Shown in pieces: positions 38,301 to 50,321 of a stretch of 64,000 nt of DNA. The stretch lies in the NCBI GenBank assembly GCA_950097015.1, contig CATNEN010000041.1, forward strand, positions 3,286,001 to 3,350,000, read 5' to 3'. Source of the stretch: Macrostomum hystrix. Its lineage: Eukaryota; Animalia; Platyhelminthes. The notes under the pieces were generated by a model, which did no database searches, was not told the origin of the DNA, and was given only the letters and a program-made list of their open reading frames with translations. The translations under genes and the position numbers were made by a program. How positions within the stretch are numbered: the first letter of the stretch is position 1; every line of letters begins with the position of its first letter.

Positions 38301-38595
38301 ACTGGAGCGGTGCCTCTGATGGGCATGAGCAGCGGGCCAATGCCGCCTCGGCTCGTGCAGCAGCCTCAAAAGCCGAATGAAGATGGTACATCGACGCCTG
38401 TGAAGCTGCTGACAGCGCGCCGTCCACGTGGAGCAATCCCTTTAATGGAGGTGAGCCAGGAGGCTCTGGCAAAGACGGTTCTGCGCAGCGCAGACACTGT
38501 GAGTGGCACTGGGGAACTGCAGCAGCCGCCGACTGCGCTACCGCCTGCGCCAAAACCAAAGCCAAAGGCCGGCGTAAAGCCGCCCGCTTCTGCCG
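29337..38595 (+). CDS. CARMIL: CARMIL/LRRC16-family F-actin uncapping protein (PH-LRR-helical dimerisation-Pro-rich tail); first and last exons unresolved
   Basis: Phase-compatible exons: 29337-29429, 30787-31347, 32479-32567, 32654-32751, 32932-33131, 34790-34867, 34963-35323, 36006-36096, 36165-36216, 36522-37387, 37519-37606, 37791-38595. Motifs: DEIRWDVETIYFSQ..ISDFCH, LAALSFNDFF, LGANRNLKGVRLELAGNELG, LDVSGNSMQDLGAKFLAKSL. A possible short terminal exon follows the acceptor at ~39436 (GLLKL*). Confidence 0.9.
29570..30597 (+). repeat. Two adjacent intronic minisatellites (24 bp, 29570-30035; 20 bp, 30050-30597)
   Basis: Units tgtgtactggaatgcttcaccaac and tgtactagcgtcattccaca, which share tgtact. 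Confidence 0.9.
31460..32420 (+). repeat. 54-bp intronic minisatellite (~18 copies)
   Basis: Unit gtgttcagctgagcttccatgtcagcttgaagatctggtagtgatggtgtgtga. Confidence 0.95.
33300..34253 (+). repeat. 38-bp intronic minisatellite (~25 copies)
   Basis: Unit gggagtctagagtatccggtagataccatggaggatta. Confidence 0.95.
35357..35836 (+). repeat. 35-bp intronic minisatellite (~13 copies)
   Basis: Unit agctgtcctgtctttctcttctgtttctgttgctg. Confidence 0.95.
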
Positions 38596-38597
38596 GT

Positions 38598-38830
38598 AGG
38601 AGCTGCTAGTGAACTGGGGCATGGAGTGTGGGTGGTGTTCTAGTCATAGATTGACAGGAGCTGCTAGTGAACTGGGGCATGGAGTGTGGGTGGTGTTCTA
38701 GTCATAGATTGACAGGAGCTGCTAGTGAACTGGGGCATGGAGTGTGGGTGGTGTTCTAGTCATAGATTGACAGGAGCTGCTAGTGAACTGGGGCATGGAG
38801 TGTTGGTGGTGTTCTAGTCATAAATTGACA
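38598..38830 (+). repeat. 58-bp tandem array (4 copies) starting 2 nt into a CARMIL intron
   Basis: Unit aggagctgctagtgaactggggcatggagtgtgggtggtgttctagtcatagattgac. Confidence 0.9.
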
Positions 38831-39175
38831 AGGAATGTGGCGAACTTTAATGACGATTCGTGACCCAGATGAACGAACTACTTCTCTCTCTCAAATAAGA
38901 GGCTTATTTTAATAGGCGAATGGGAACGACAATGCTTTTCTCGATGCTGCTCAATGCTGTCTCCGAACGAAGCGCTCAGATTTTTGCATTCAAACTCTTA
39001 GGCTGCTGCACCATCCCTTGATAATCCCGCAGACTCGGTCGCCCGATACCCAGTGAAACGGGTCTCTTCAACCATCGACAGTTCGTCATCCGCAACCACC
39101 GAGGAATTCCCTGGAGACCGCATTCTGAAGACCATGCCGGCTTCCACGTCGAAGCCTTGACTCTGATTGCGACTC

Positions 39176-39425
39176 TGATAATTGTAACTTCTGCTTTACA
39201 ATTTTTAAATTTGCAAGCATACAATTTAGCGGGTTGCATCACCCTAGTGCCCAGATAATTGTAACTTCTGCTTTACAATTTTTACATTTGCAAGCATACA
39301 ATTTAGCGGGTTGCATCACCCTAGTGCCCAGATAATTGTAACTTCTGCTTTACAATTTTTACATTTGCAAGCATACAATTTAGCGGGTTGCATCACCCTA
39401 GTGCCCAGATAATTGTAACTTCTGC
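39176..39425 (+). repeat. 77-bp tandem array (~3 copies)
   Basis: gataattgtaacttctgc recurs at 77-bp spacing. Confidence 0.9.
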
Positions 39426-40402
39426 CTGCTTACCAGGGTTGCTTAAATTGTGAATCTCCCTGCATCGACTGATACTCATCGTTGGCCCGATCGGTCGCAG
39501 CAGCACCTTCCCTGATGGCTGTGGCCACTCACTCAGTTGTGACTATAACACTTTACTCACTTTTTTTACATTTGGACTGACATTTTTCTCCTAATCCTCA
39601 CTACACCCGCATCACAATACGGATTCTTTAGTGGGTTCGAATGCCAATAGCGCACGGCCACTTGGCCCGGGGTGGCTGTGTGTCTATTCATGAGTGTCTG
39701 TGGGTTTATTCATGAATTTCTGTGTGTTTATTCATGAGTGGCTGTGTGTTTATCCATGAGTTGTCTGTGGGTTTGTTCATGGGTTTCTGTGGGTTTATTC
39801 ATGAGTGTCTGTGTGTTTATCCATGAGGTGTCTGTGGGTTTGTTTATGGGTTTCTGTGGGTTTATTCATGAGTGGCTGTGTGTTTATTCATGAGTTGTCT
39901 GTGGGTTTATTCATGAGTGGTTGTGTGTTTCTTTGTAATTGACTATGTGTTTATTTGTGAGTATGACAGATTTTTTTCATTTATGCGTGAAGGCAGTTTG
40001 TACGCCTTACACTCATGATACCCAAGCTCACAATAAAGCATTATAACTCAGATCTCATTGCTGTCTCGTGTTGGTATTTCTCAATTCAAATTGTGGCTAG
40101 TGCAGGCTGTTGTTTGGCTCGCCGCTAACAGGCTGAGCAATTTAAGGTGAAGCATTCCCGATAAAACTATCGGTCACGTGCTCTCGGCACTCGACGCTCT
40201 CAGATCCGCTCATTCTCTCCTCGCTTAACCCACCCAATCGACAAGGAGGCGGCAGGGGATGGGGAGGGCGATGATGAGTCTCGGGGTTAGGAGCTTCACA
40301 GGGAGGCATAAAGCTCAAAGGCCTGCCAGCTGGCTTCACTTTTCCTTCCTCTGACCCATCGGTCATCGGCCCCGAGCTTGTCAGGTGCTCAGCTGGGTTG
40401 CC

Positions 40403-43400
40403 ATGCCGTTCATTGCGCCAGCAACAAAAGTGCAGGCGAACGTGACGGAGAACACTGAGAGCCGAGAGGAGAAGGTACAGAATGACAAGCGGAAGCTGGC
40501 TACCAGCGCCGTTGGGGTCGTCATTAACGGCGTCGTGGCTCTGGCTGCAGACATCGTCTTCATCAGCTACAACTGTACCGTCGTTCGGGGTAAGAAAAGA
40601 CACGTGGTAAAGTGACTCGAATCTGATAGCTGGGAGACAATATATGTGTTCTTGGAACCGGGATCTGCGTGCTGGGAGACAATATCTGTGTTCTTGGAAC
40701 CGGGATCTGCGTGCTGGGAGACAATATCTGTGTTCTTGGAACCGGGATCTGCGTGCTGGGAGACAATATCTGTGTTCTTGGAACCGGGATCTGCGTGCTG
40801 GGAGCTGAGATCAGAGAGCTGAGACCTGGGAGCTGAGATCAGAGAGCTGAGAACTGGGAGCTGAGATCTGGGAGCTGAGACCTGGGAGCTGAGAACTGGG
40901 AGCTGAGATCTGGGAGCTGAGATCTGGGAGCTGAGATCAGAGAGATGAGATCAGAGAGCTGAAGTCAGAGAGCTGAGACCTGGGAGCTGAGATCTGGGAG
41001 CTGAGATCTGCGAGCTGAGACCTGGGAGCTGAGACCTGGGAGCTGAGATCTGCGAGCTGAGACCTGGGAGCTGAGATCTGGGAGCTGAGATCAGAGAGCT
41101 GAGATCTGGGAGCTGAGATCAGAGAGCTGAGGTCAGAGAGCTGAGATCAGAGAGCTGAGATCTGGGAGCTGAGATCAGAGAGCTGAGACCTGGGAGCTGA
41201 GATCTGGGCTTGACTTACTTGACTTAGCGGCAGGGGGCCTCCATGACGGACGCAGCGAGGAGGCGGCTGTTGCCGCCCATATCGCTAACCCCTGGCAGCC
41301 AGACGGCCTCCAGCGAGGCGGTGCCGCTCAGGGTGGTCCGTCGGTCGGTTCCGCCGCGCGATCTTCCTCGCCATAGGCTGGGAAGAAATCAGCTCGGCCG
41401 GTATCCCGGAGGAAGTGGGCGAGCTGAGGGATGTTCTCGGGCGAGCAGGCTTCGGCAAGAGTCGGTGCCGGCCCGAGGTGTTTTAGCCTAGCCCGGGTGA
41501 AGGCCGGGCAGTGGCAAATGAAATGCTCGGCGTTTTCACGGCCGGAGCAGCAGAAAGGACACGTTTCCTCAGGCACGTGGCCTTGGAGGTAGCGGTGTCT
41601 GGTGAAGCAGCCATGTCCCGAAAGGGCCATGGTGACTGCTCTCAGGTCTCTGCGGTTTAGCCTGAGTAAGGCCTTACGCAGGTTACTAGAGGGGGTTGGC
41701 ACCGCAGCCCTGGACTGGCGACAGTTCAGGGTGCTGGACCACCTCCTCCGGTGCTGGGTCTCCATCCAGTGGTTGATGCTGGAGTTGACAACGGAGGCGG
41801 GGATCGGGGATTCCGGGCCCGGGCCCATCAGGGAGCTGGCTGCTCCAGCCTTTGCAAGCTCGTCCGCCATCTCATTCCCTGTGAGCCCGGCGTGCCCAGG
41901 GATCCACATCAGCTCCACCTTGTTAGACTGCGCCAAACCGTTTAACTGGTTGTTGCAGTCCAAGGTGGTTCTGGAGCGAGAGGTGCAGCGACTGAGGGCC
42001 TTGAGGGCTGCTTGACTGTCGGAGTGAAAAAAGATCCTCCGACCAGCCAGCTGCCTCTGGCGCAGCTCAGCCGCACAGAAGCTGATGGCGAGCATTTCGT
42101 TTTGGAAAACGCTTGAGCTCTTGCCACAGTGTTGGGAGTGGGTCCAGAGGACCTCGCCACCCGAGGCGACGCACACCCCGAATCCCGATTTACCGTTCAT
42201 CAGGGAGCCGTCAGTGTAACAGTGGACTGCGGGGTCATCCCAGCAGTCCTTTACCTCATTACGAGGGAAGATGCTGACTTTGTACCTGTGGCTCCGGAGT
42301 AAAGTGGCCGGGGCCCCGTCCGAAAGGATGGTGAGCCCTCCGCACTCGCCCAGAGTTTTCAGGCAGAGGTCAGAGTGGGGCAGAAGGGAGCGCTTCGAGA
42401 AGGCTCGCGAATTCTGGAAGGATACACCCGCATCAAGGAGACGACGGGTGGACTTTGCCGCTTCCCCCTTAACAAAAATGTCAATGGGTGTAGCGTTGAG
42501 GAAAGCGTTCATGCCTTCAAAGGGAGTGGAGGGTGGGGCGCCCAGCGTCATGCGACAGGCTCTGCCCTGCACCCTATAAAGCGCCTCCAGGTTTTTCTGG
42601 ATGCTCATGGCACTGGCCCAGATGAGGCCAGCGTAAGCGACTGACGGTCTAATGATCGCCGTGTAAATCCACCAAAGGTTTTTGGGGGTTAGCCCCCAAG
42701 TGGTGCCCACGGCTCGCCTGACTTGCGCCAGAATGGCCAGGGCCCTCTTGGCCTTTGTGGTAATGTGCGGGGTCCAGTTAAGCCTATGGTCTAGCAGGAT
42801 ACCAAGGCACCGGACCTGCTTTTCCATGGCAATATTCTTGCCATAGAGAGTCAGAGGCTCAATGGTCCAGCGCAGCCTGCTGGTAAACATAACCGCAACG
42901 GTCTTGGACTCAGAGAGTCGGAGCCCGCATTGGTCCGCCCAGCGCACCGCCCTGTTGATAAAGCCCTGAATGAGGTCCCTGGTGGTTTCCGCCGAGGGGC
43001 CCGCGCAGATGGCGGTCACATCGTCGGCATATCCCACCTTCAGGACTGGGTCAGGCCGAGTGCTTTTTAGCAGCTCATCCATGACGAGATTCCACAGCAG
43101 TGGGGTGAGGACGCCACCTTGGGGCCCTCCTTTTAGGACAGGTGCCGAGAGCACCCTGCCTTCGAGGTGGGCCACCACGTGGCGATTCCGGATCATGTAC
43201 ATGACCCAACGGACGAGGTGGGGGTGAGTGGCCCTGGAAACCAGGGCCTTCTCAAAGGCTTCGAAAATAACGTTATCGAAGGCCCCCTCAATATCAAGGA
43301 AAACAGCCAGGGCAAAACCGCTGCCCAGCACTGCCTTCTCGAGAGTCTCCACAATGCAGTGGAGGGCGCTCTCCGTGGACCGGCCCGCCCGAAAGGCGTG

Positions 43401-46400
43401 CTGGTTTGGTGAGAGCGGGGCCCGCCCTAGCTCTACCGTAAGAAGGCGCCAGAGCACCAGTCTTTCCATGAGCTTGAGGCAGGTGGAAGTCAAGCTTATC
43501 GGGCGATAAGACTTGACCGAGCGATAGTCGCCTTTGGCGGGCTTCGGGATGAAGACGACCCGGGCTTCATGCCACCGCGCTGGTACGTAGCCCAGCACGA
43601 TGCAGGCCCGTAGAAGTCTGCAGAGGAGATGGAGGAAGCGGCCATTTTTAACCGCTTCATGCAGAAAGGCCGGATATATACCATCTGGCCCAGGTGCTTT
43701 AAAAGGATTGAATGACTTAGCCGCGCGAACGATGCGGTCATTCGTAACGAGTGACTGAGCCAGGCCCTGACCTCCACGCGAGTGGTCGTCTGGGCCGAAG
43801 TGCGCCGGTACACTCGGGAAGAAATGCCCTAGCATAAGCTCGAGCGTTTCCTCCGGGCGCTCAGTGATCGAGCCGTCCGGCTTTTTAATCGATGAGAGCT
43901 TGGAGAAGCGGTCGTTGGTGAGCGCCTTTACCACGCTGCAGACATCGTCTTCATCAGCTACAACTGTACCGTCGTTCGGGGTAAGAAAAGACACGTGGTA
44001 AAGTGACTCGAATCTGATAGCTGGGAGACAATATATGTGTTCTTGGAACCGGGATCTGCGTGCTGGGAGACAATATCTGTGTTCTTGGAACCGGGATCTG
44101 CGTGCTGGGAGACAATATCTGTGTTCTTGGAACCGGGATCTGCGTGCTGGGAGACAATATCTGTGTTCTTGGAACCGGGATCTGCGTGCTGGGAGCTGAG
44201 ATCAGAGAGCTGAGACCTGGGAGCTGAGATCAGAGAGCTGAGAACTGGGAGCTGAGATCTGGGAGCTGAGACCTGGGAGCTGAGAACTGGGAGCTGAGAT
44301 CTGGGAGCTGAGATCTGGGAGCTGAGATCAGAGAGATGAGATCAGAGAGCTGAAGTCAGAGAGCTGAGACCTGGGAGCTGAGATCTGGGAGCTGAGATCT
44401 GCGAGCTGAGACCTGGGAGCTGAGACCTGGGAGCTGAGATCTGCGAGCTGAGACCTGGGAGCTGAGATCTGGGAGCTGAGATCAGAGAGCTGAGATCTGG
44501 GAGCTGAGATCAGAGAGCTGAGGTCAGAGAGCTGAGATCAGAGAGCTGAGATCTGGGAGCTGAGATCAGAGAGCTGAGACCTGGGAGCTGAGATCTGGGA
44601 GCTGAGATCACTATTTCATGATGTGTTTGTCACGATCATGGCTACTTGCCGTGCGCGTCTCGCTGCGCTACGAGTACAAACTGTCTTGCTACCAAACGTG
44701 TCCAGCTGCCAAAAATCACAGCATTTTAAGGCACTGCAGTCCAAATCCATCCGAATAATTTAGCCCTTGATTTTAACACCCTTTGCAATTCTTCTCTCCG
44801 CCTGGCAGTCAATTTTCGGTCTTGCAAATTCCAGCGCTGATTAAGCTATGCGGCCCGCGTGCATTTCTTTGAGCAGCCAGCTCAGGCCATGCTATCGACC
44901 AGCAGCTAACTCGAATTTCCGCTGCGTTCGGAAGTCTGCTTCCCTCCATTTCCTCTCTAAGCAGACCTGAACTGTGCTAAAGGCTGTGCTCAATCGGGCG
45001 GTTTAGCTCCCTCTTATGGCAGTTAGCAGCAGCGGCTCATCACGCAGAAAGTACCCCTCACTTCAGCTAAAAAATTCAGTCCGTCCCTCTCCCGTCAGTC
45101 AGAATCGGTTCGTGAGAGATGCAAACAGCTCTGAGCGTGGCTTTTTCTTCTCTGCTTCACTTGGGCAGGTACAGGCAGATACCTGTGAGTATGCTCACAT
45201 TGACCTACCGCGTCAATACTCGAGAACACAGGCAGCTTGCGGGTCTGTCAATCTGCCTTCACTGCGCAAACATCACGAAAAGCACAATAGGATTTTTTCA
45301 CGACTTTGTCCAACAGGGATGAAGCGATCCCCATTGCAGAGCGGAAGCTACGCGACTCCAACTCACGAGGCATGGTCTGAGCAGGGAATGCTCCCCGCTC
45401 ACTGAGAACTGTTCCCCGCTCACTGAGAACTGTTCCCCGCTCACTGAGAACTGTTTCCCGCTCACTGAGAACTGTTCCCCAGGCGATTTCAAAGCAAAAG
45501 ATTCGAGCTGCACCCTCATGATCTCACTGCCAAAGTTTGGGTGTGGCCGTAGCACGTCAGACCTGCCTACTACCCCTTTGCTCTGCCGCTCCCGCTGCGG
45601 CCTCCCCTCCATCTCCCTCTATTCCCATCTGCAGGCTCCGGAATCCTGACCGCCAATTTCATTCATTTTCCCAGCAAGCCGAATCGCCCCCTCCTAACCT
45701 TTACATCACGCTTTACGTCATTCCCATCAACTTTATCCGAATAACTTTGTTCTCCATCTCACTCCGCTCTCCCACTCGCCTTCGTCCCTCCACTCCTCCC
45801 AGTACACATCCACTCCTCCCAGTACATCCACTCCTCCCAGTATACATCCACTCCTCCCAGTACACATCCACTTCTCCCAGTATACATCTACTCCCAGCAC
45901 ACACCCACTCCTCCCAGTACACATCCACTTCTCCCAGTATACATCTACTCCCAGCACACACCCACTCCTCCCAGTACACACCCACTTCTCCCAGTATACA
46001 TCTACTCCCAGCACACACCCACTCCTCCCAGTACACATCCACTTCTCCCAGTATACATCTACTCCCAGCACACACCCACTTCTCCCAGTACACACCCACT
46101 TCTCCCAGTATACATCCACTTCTCCCAGTACACATTCACTTCTCCCAGTACACACCCACTCCTCCCAGTACACACCCACTCCACCCAGTACACACCCACT
46201 CCTCCCAGTACACAACCACTTCTTCCAGTATACACCCACTCCTCCCAGTACACACACACTCCTCCCAGTACACACCCACTCCCAGTACACACCCACTCCC
46301 AGTACACACCCACTCCCAGTACACATCCACTCCCAGTACACACCCACTCCCAGTACACTCCCACTCCCAGTACACATCCACTCCCAGTACACATCCACTC

Positions 46401-49400
46401 CCAGTACACACCCACTCCCAGTACACTCCCACTCCCAGTACACATCCACTCCCAGTACACTCCCACTCCCAGTACACATCCACTCCCAGTACACATCCAC
46501 TCCCAGTACACACCCACTCCCAGTACACTCCCACTCCCAGTACACATCCACTCCCAGTACACACCCACTCCCAGTACACTCCCACTCCCAGTACACATCC
46601 ACTCCCAGTACACACCCACTCCCAGTACACTCCCACTCCCAGTACACACTCACTCCCAGTACACTCCCACTCCCAGTACACACCCACTCCCAGTACATAT
46701 CCACTCCCAGTACACACCCACTCCCAGTACATACACACCCAAATTGAATGAGTGTTTTTGGCCATTCACAATACGGCTTAGTTAGATAGCCCCAAGCAAG
46801 ATTGCCAATTGCCTGCTGTGCAGTTTGCTGCGGGTAACAGCGCATTGAGCTGTTCGCAATCTCAATAAAAGTTCGCCTGCTCAATTCCTGCAATTTTTTT
46901 GGTTGAGCTCTATTTATTTTCTCTGGCAACCTCTTGCCGCACGGCTTCATCAGCTTGAGAGTTCTGAGGTCTGTCCCCGCCTCACCTGCACTGGTAGCTG
47001 TCCCAGTCCCCAGAGCCCCTACCCCATGCAGCTGTAAATAACCAGCCCGCGTCTCCCCAGAGAGATCAGTTCCGCTCCCGCGCTCCCCTTAAACCTTCCC
47101 CTCTCGTGCGGTGTCGAGTTGCTGTTTCCCGGCGCCGAACCCAAACCGGCTGCTTTTTCTTTCCTGCCGAGCTTTGAGCACTTTCTAGTTTTGAGTTGGC
47201 TCAGGTTGGCACCAGAGAGACCGAAACCTTTGTGACAGCCCGAACGTGCCTCACTCTGCAGCTCTCTGAAGTTCTTACCGCCCTGCGCTTCTGCCTCTCC
47301 ACCTCAGCTACGGATTCTCTTCCGACTACCTGGCCTCATTCGAGCCTCTCCACCTCAGCTACGGATTCTCTTCCGACTACCTGGCCTCATTCGAGCCTCT
47401 CCACCTCAGCTACGGATTCTCTTCCGACTACCTGGCCTCATTCGAGCCTCTCCACCTCAGCTACGGATTCTCTTCCGACTACCTGGCCTCATTCGAGCCT
47501 CTCCACCTCAGCTACGGATTCTCTTCCGACAACCTGGCTTTCTTCGACAGCGCGCCCTGGCTTCCACTCGCATGAAATATTTCAATCGTGGGTGATCTAA
47601 AATCCCACCCGTCCCGTGAGTCATCTGAGCTGGTCTTATGTTATTTAAATTCCTTTAATCAGGCAGTAGACACCGCCCAACTCATCCGAGCCCCGCTATT
47701 TGCCACGCATAAGTTGAAGATAAAAATTCTCCTCGCCTCGCTCAACACCCAAGTTGCCAGTGAGTTTCCCCACTCCACATTCACCGGCATCTGAGGGACA
47801 TTGTGCTGGAGGAGGATCTGAGCTTCTCACCGTCTCCACATGCACCCTTTCTGCATTTGCTTTTTTGGTGCTGCAGTAGTTGCTATGGCAACAAAACGGG
47901 GGAGAAATCTATGGGATCTGCAGCAGGACGAAAAACTGGGGGAGCTGCCGCGTCCAGAATCCGCGCGGCTGCCACCCATCTGCACGAGACTCGGAGTCGG
48001 ATGGCCCGCGCACTCGCAGCAGCGGGTCGGCTATGGAGGGGTGGTCGCCTGTCAGCCTCCCCGACAGGTGGTAGGATTGGGGAAGGGGAGAAATTGAGCC
48101 CCGAGCGGCAATCGATAGCGAGATGAGGGGGGCGAAAGCCATCCACCGCAGAGGCGGGAGGGAGACAATGGGAGCGCCGGCTGAATCTTCCCCGCCTCAA
48201 ACATACGCTTCTCTTCCTCTCCGCCACCCTCGTTTGCTTTTCTCGTTCCTGTCTGCTTTTCCAGAGTTCAGTTCGTGCCTCAAATCGTGAGCTGAGCTGA
48301 AAGCGGCTCGGCTCAGACCCTGAACTAGTTAAATATTTGATCCTCTGCCGCCAAAAAAGTGGGACTTTGAATTGCGGAGCAAACGGACAGGGTTTCGCCG
48401 AGAGCGTGCTCAAGAAACACAGTGCAGCGCTTTGTGGCGATTAGCAATTTTGAGTCCTGGAGCAGTGGGAATCGCGCATCAAAAGGTACACAATCTCCAC
48501 CTGCTGGAGTTACTTTTAGAACCAGAATTCGTCCATGGAAACTCGAGCTTACAAAGCTAATTTCTTACCAAGCTCGCCTGTCCGCTACGAGGATGCACAT
48601 AAGCCACTGCTCTAGACCACTCGGATCGATTTAATGAATAATAATTTAGCTGTTCTTCTCCTTCTCTTGGCCATTTGAGCAGATCTGGGCAAATGATTCC
48701 TTTTGGCCAGACACTGCGTGGACAGTCTCATTTGTCCCTCAAATTCCCCCGGATCCCTATCAAAATTCTGCATTCCTGTCCTCCTTGGCTTTTGATTGCG
48801 ACCAGGCGGCCACTCTCCTCATTCCCGCATCGATCGGGGCAGCGAGATCAATGCCGTGCCTAGGGCAACGGAAACATTGACTACTAGCTTTTTGCGCGAG
48901 GCCGCGGCGTTCCTAAAGTAGCTGTTAGCTGTCCTGGCTGCGGCCATTTCCTGTTTGCCGCCCCCTGTTTCCGGTGCCGGCCAACAACTCTGCCTGACCC
49001 GCTGCCTCTGAGCCCAGCCACAAGGAGCCCCAGTCCCCCTGTTTCCGATGTTTTTTAATTAATACGCATTGACTATATCTGACTTATTAAAAATGACATC
49101 AGCTAAAATGATGAAGAAATGCCTCTGAGAAACATTGCATTCCATGACTCCCACATCAGGCATCGGCATCGCCATCTGCATCGGCTGCGTCGGCGCCTCG
49201 CTGCTCAGCGTTGTCCTCGGCTGTTGCGGCACTCGCCTCTTCTTGAATCCCTGCCTCATCATCACCAACTGCAGCCTCCACTGCCTCATCCTGGCACTGA
49301 ATGTGGCCTTCGTGGCATGCTCGTTTCTCACCAAGACCAGAATTGAGCAACACTGCGCAGCCATGACCATCGGCATCACGGGCATCACCCTGCTCATGTA

Positions 49401-49470
49401 CCTGCCATGCTGCATCGCTGCCTCCGCAATCCTCTTGCACTGGCACCGCGACAGGGGCGCCCTTACTTGA
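40403..49470 (+). CDS. Small four-pass membrane protein (MS4A/CD20-like topology), 2 exons, ~165 aa
   Basis: Exon 40403-40589 (ends cggg|gtaag, phase 1) joins exon 49160-49470 (catcag|gc, phase 1). The join gives four hydrophobic helices with a short NCT loop after TM1. Joining across 8.6 kb is inferred from phase and topology only. Confidence 0.55.
40544..41208 (+). repeat. 665-bp direct repeat, copy 1 (exon end + donor + 42-bp and 14-bp minisatellites)
   Basis: Identical by eye to 43935-44599 (offset 3391). Confidence 0.95.
41209..43934 (-). mobile_element. 5'-truncated non-LTR retrotransposon with RT, RNase H and C-terminal CCHC (I group, R1/Loa-like)
   Basis: Open frame with [39 protein letters not shown], RNase [28 protein letters not shown] and CPFC..HFICHC. 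3' tail TAAGTCAAGTAAGTCAAG. No endonuclease domain is retained. Confidence 0.93.
43935..44599 (+). repeat. 665-bp direct repeat, copy 2
   Basis: Identical by eye to 40544-41208, including the irregular order of 14-bp variants. Confidence 0.95.
45790..46735 (+). repeat. C-rich 17-20-bp degenerate minisatellite
   Basis: Core cccagtacacacccact(cct). Confidence 0.9.
47295..47540 (+). repeat. 51-bp tandem array (~5 copies)
   Basis: Unit ctctccacctcagctacggattctcttccgactacctggcctcattcgagc. Confidence 0.9.
47879..47892. promoter_or_regulatory. RFX X-box motif
   Basis: GTTGCTATGGCAAC is a 14-bp near-palindromic match to the RFX consensus. Confidence 0.45.
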
Positions 49471-50321
49471 CTTTTAATGACCCCACATGACCCGCTGACT
49501 CACCCGTCCTCCAGCAAGATCTTGTTGTAGACTCAGTAGACTCACAAGCTAGGCTTGACCTAGCCCTCGATGACCGAGTAACAGGCAATGAAGTTGCTGG
49601 GCGGGATCTCAAGGTCTCAAATGCTAACCTGCCCATTCATCACAGGATGAGCCCAGCTGTTCATCACTGCAAGCAAAAGCAAATCCGTCCTGTAAAAATT
49701 CCCCACTGACTTCTAAATTTCCACCCAGTTGCCAAGGTTATTGAAGTCTCTAGTGCTGCAAGCTTCTTTAGTAGACCTTGACTTTAAAATTTACTTGATA
49801 TTTTGCACCGAGCCACACAGGCTGCCTGCTCGCGCACACAGATGTTTTCATCACCTGCAAGATTATTATAATTCCGCCCTAAGATTAAGCTTATTTTTAC
49901 CCTTCTTGCTGCCGGACGTTTTCTTGTGAATCTACTGCTTTCGCATAGTCTTTTTTGCTGTATACTGCTTGTTACTGAGGTGCAGGCAAGCAGGCAAGCG
50001 GATTATCCTGTTCACGCTGCTGTTGCTATTTTTAGCATCCGATTTCCCATGGGCGCAACAGAGTAGCAGCGATGAGTGTCCGCTATTGTGGATTCAATGC
50101 GATTGATACTTAACTTTTCCTATATTAGCGAGCACTTCCGAATCGATTAAAGTGCTCAAACAGAGTGCTTTATAGACAGCGTTTTTGAAAAATACGCTCA
50201 CTGTGGGGAACAGTCTGAAACAAGGATCAATTTACGCAATTCAGACAGATTAACAATACGATCAGTTGATTGAATGACGAACGTCACTTTCTATGGCCAC
50301 AGGCTATTGGAAACTGTTCGA

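Noticed and set aside
39020-39070. Second hammerhead candidate (GAAACGGGTC)
   Set aside because: No CTGANGA core or stem II upstream.
38976-39242. Possible RTE-type LINE 3' fragment (RWLRM..RWLKR..GRP) on the minus strand
   Set aside because: The similarity is too short and degenerate to call without a search.
39634-39644. B-box-like GGTTCGAATGC (also TTCGAATCCC near 17004)
   Set aside because: No matching A box or cloverleaf.
40544-44599. Reading the 665-bp direct repeats as LTRs
   Set aside because: No TG..CA ends, PBS, PPT, protease or integrase. The RT is non-LTR type and the repeat consists of host exon and intron sequence.
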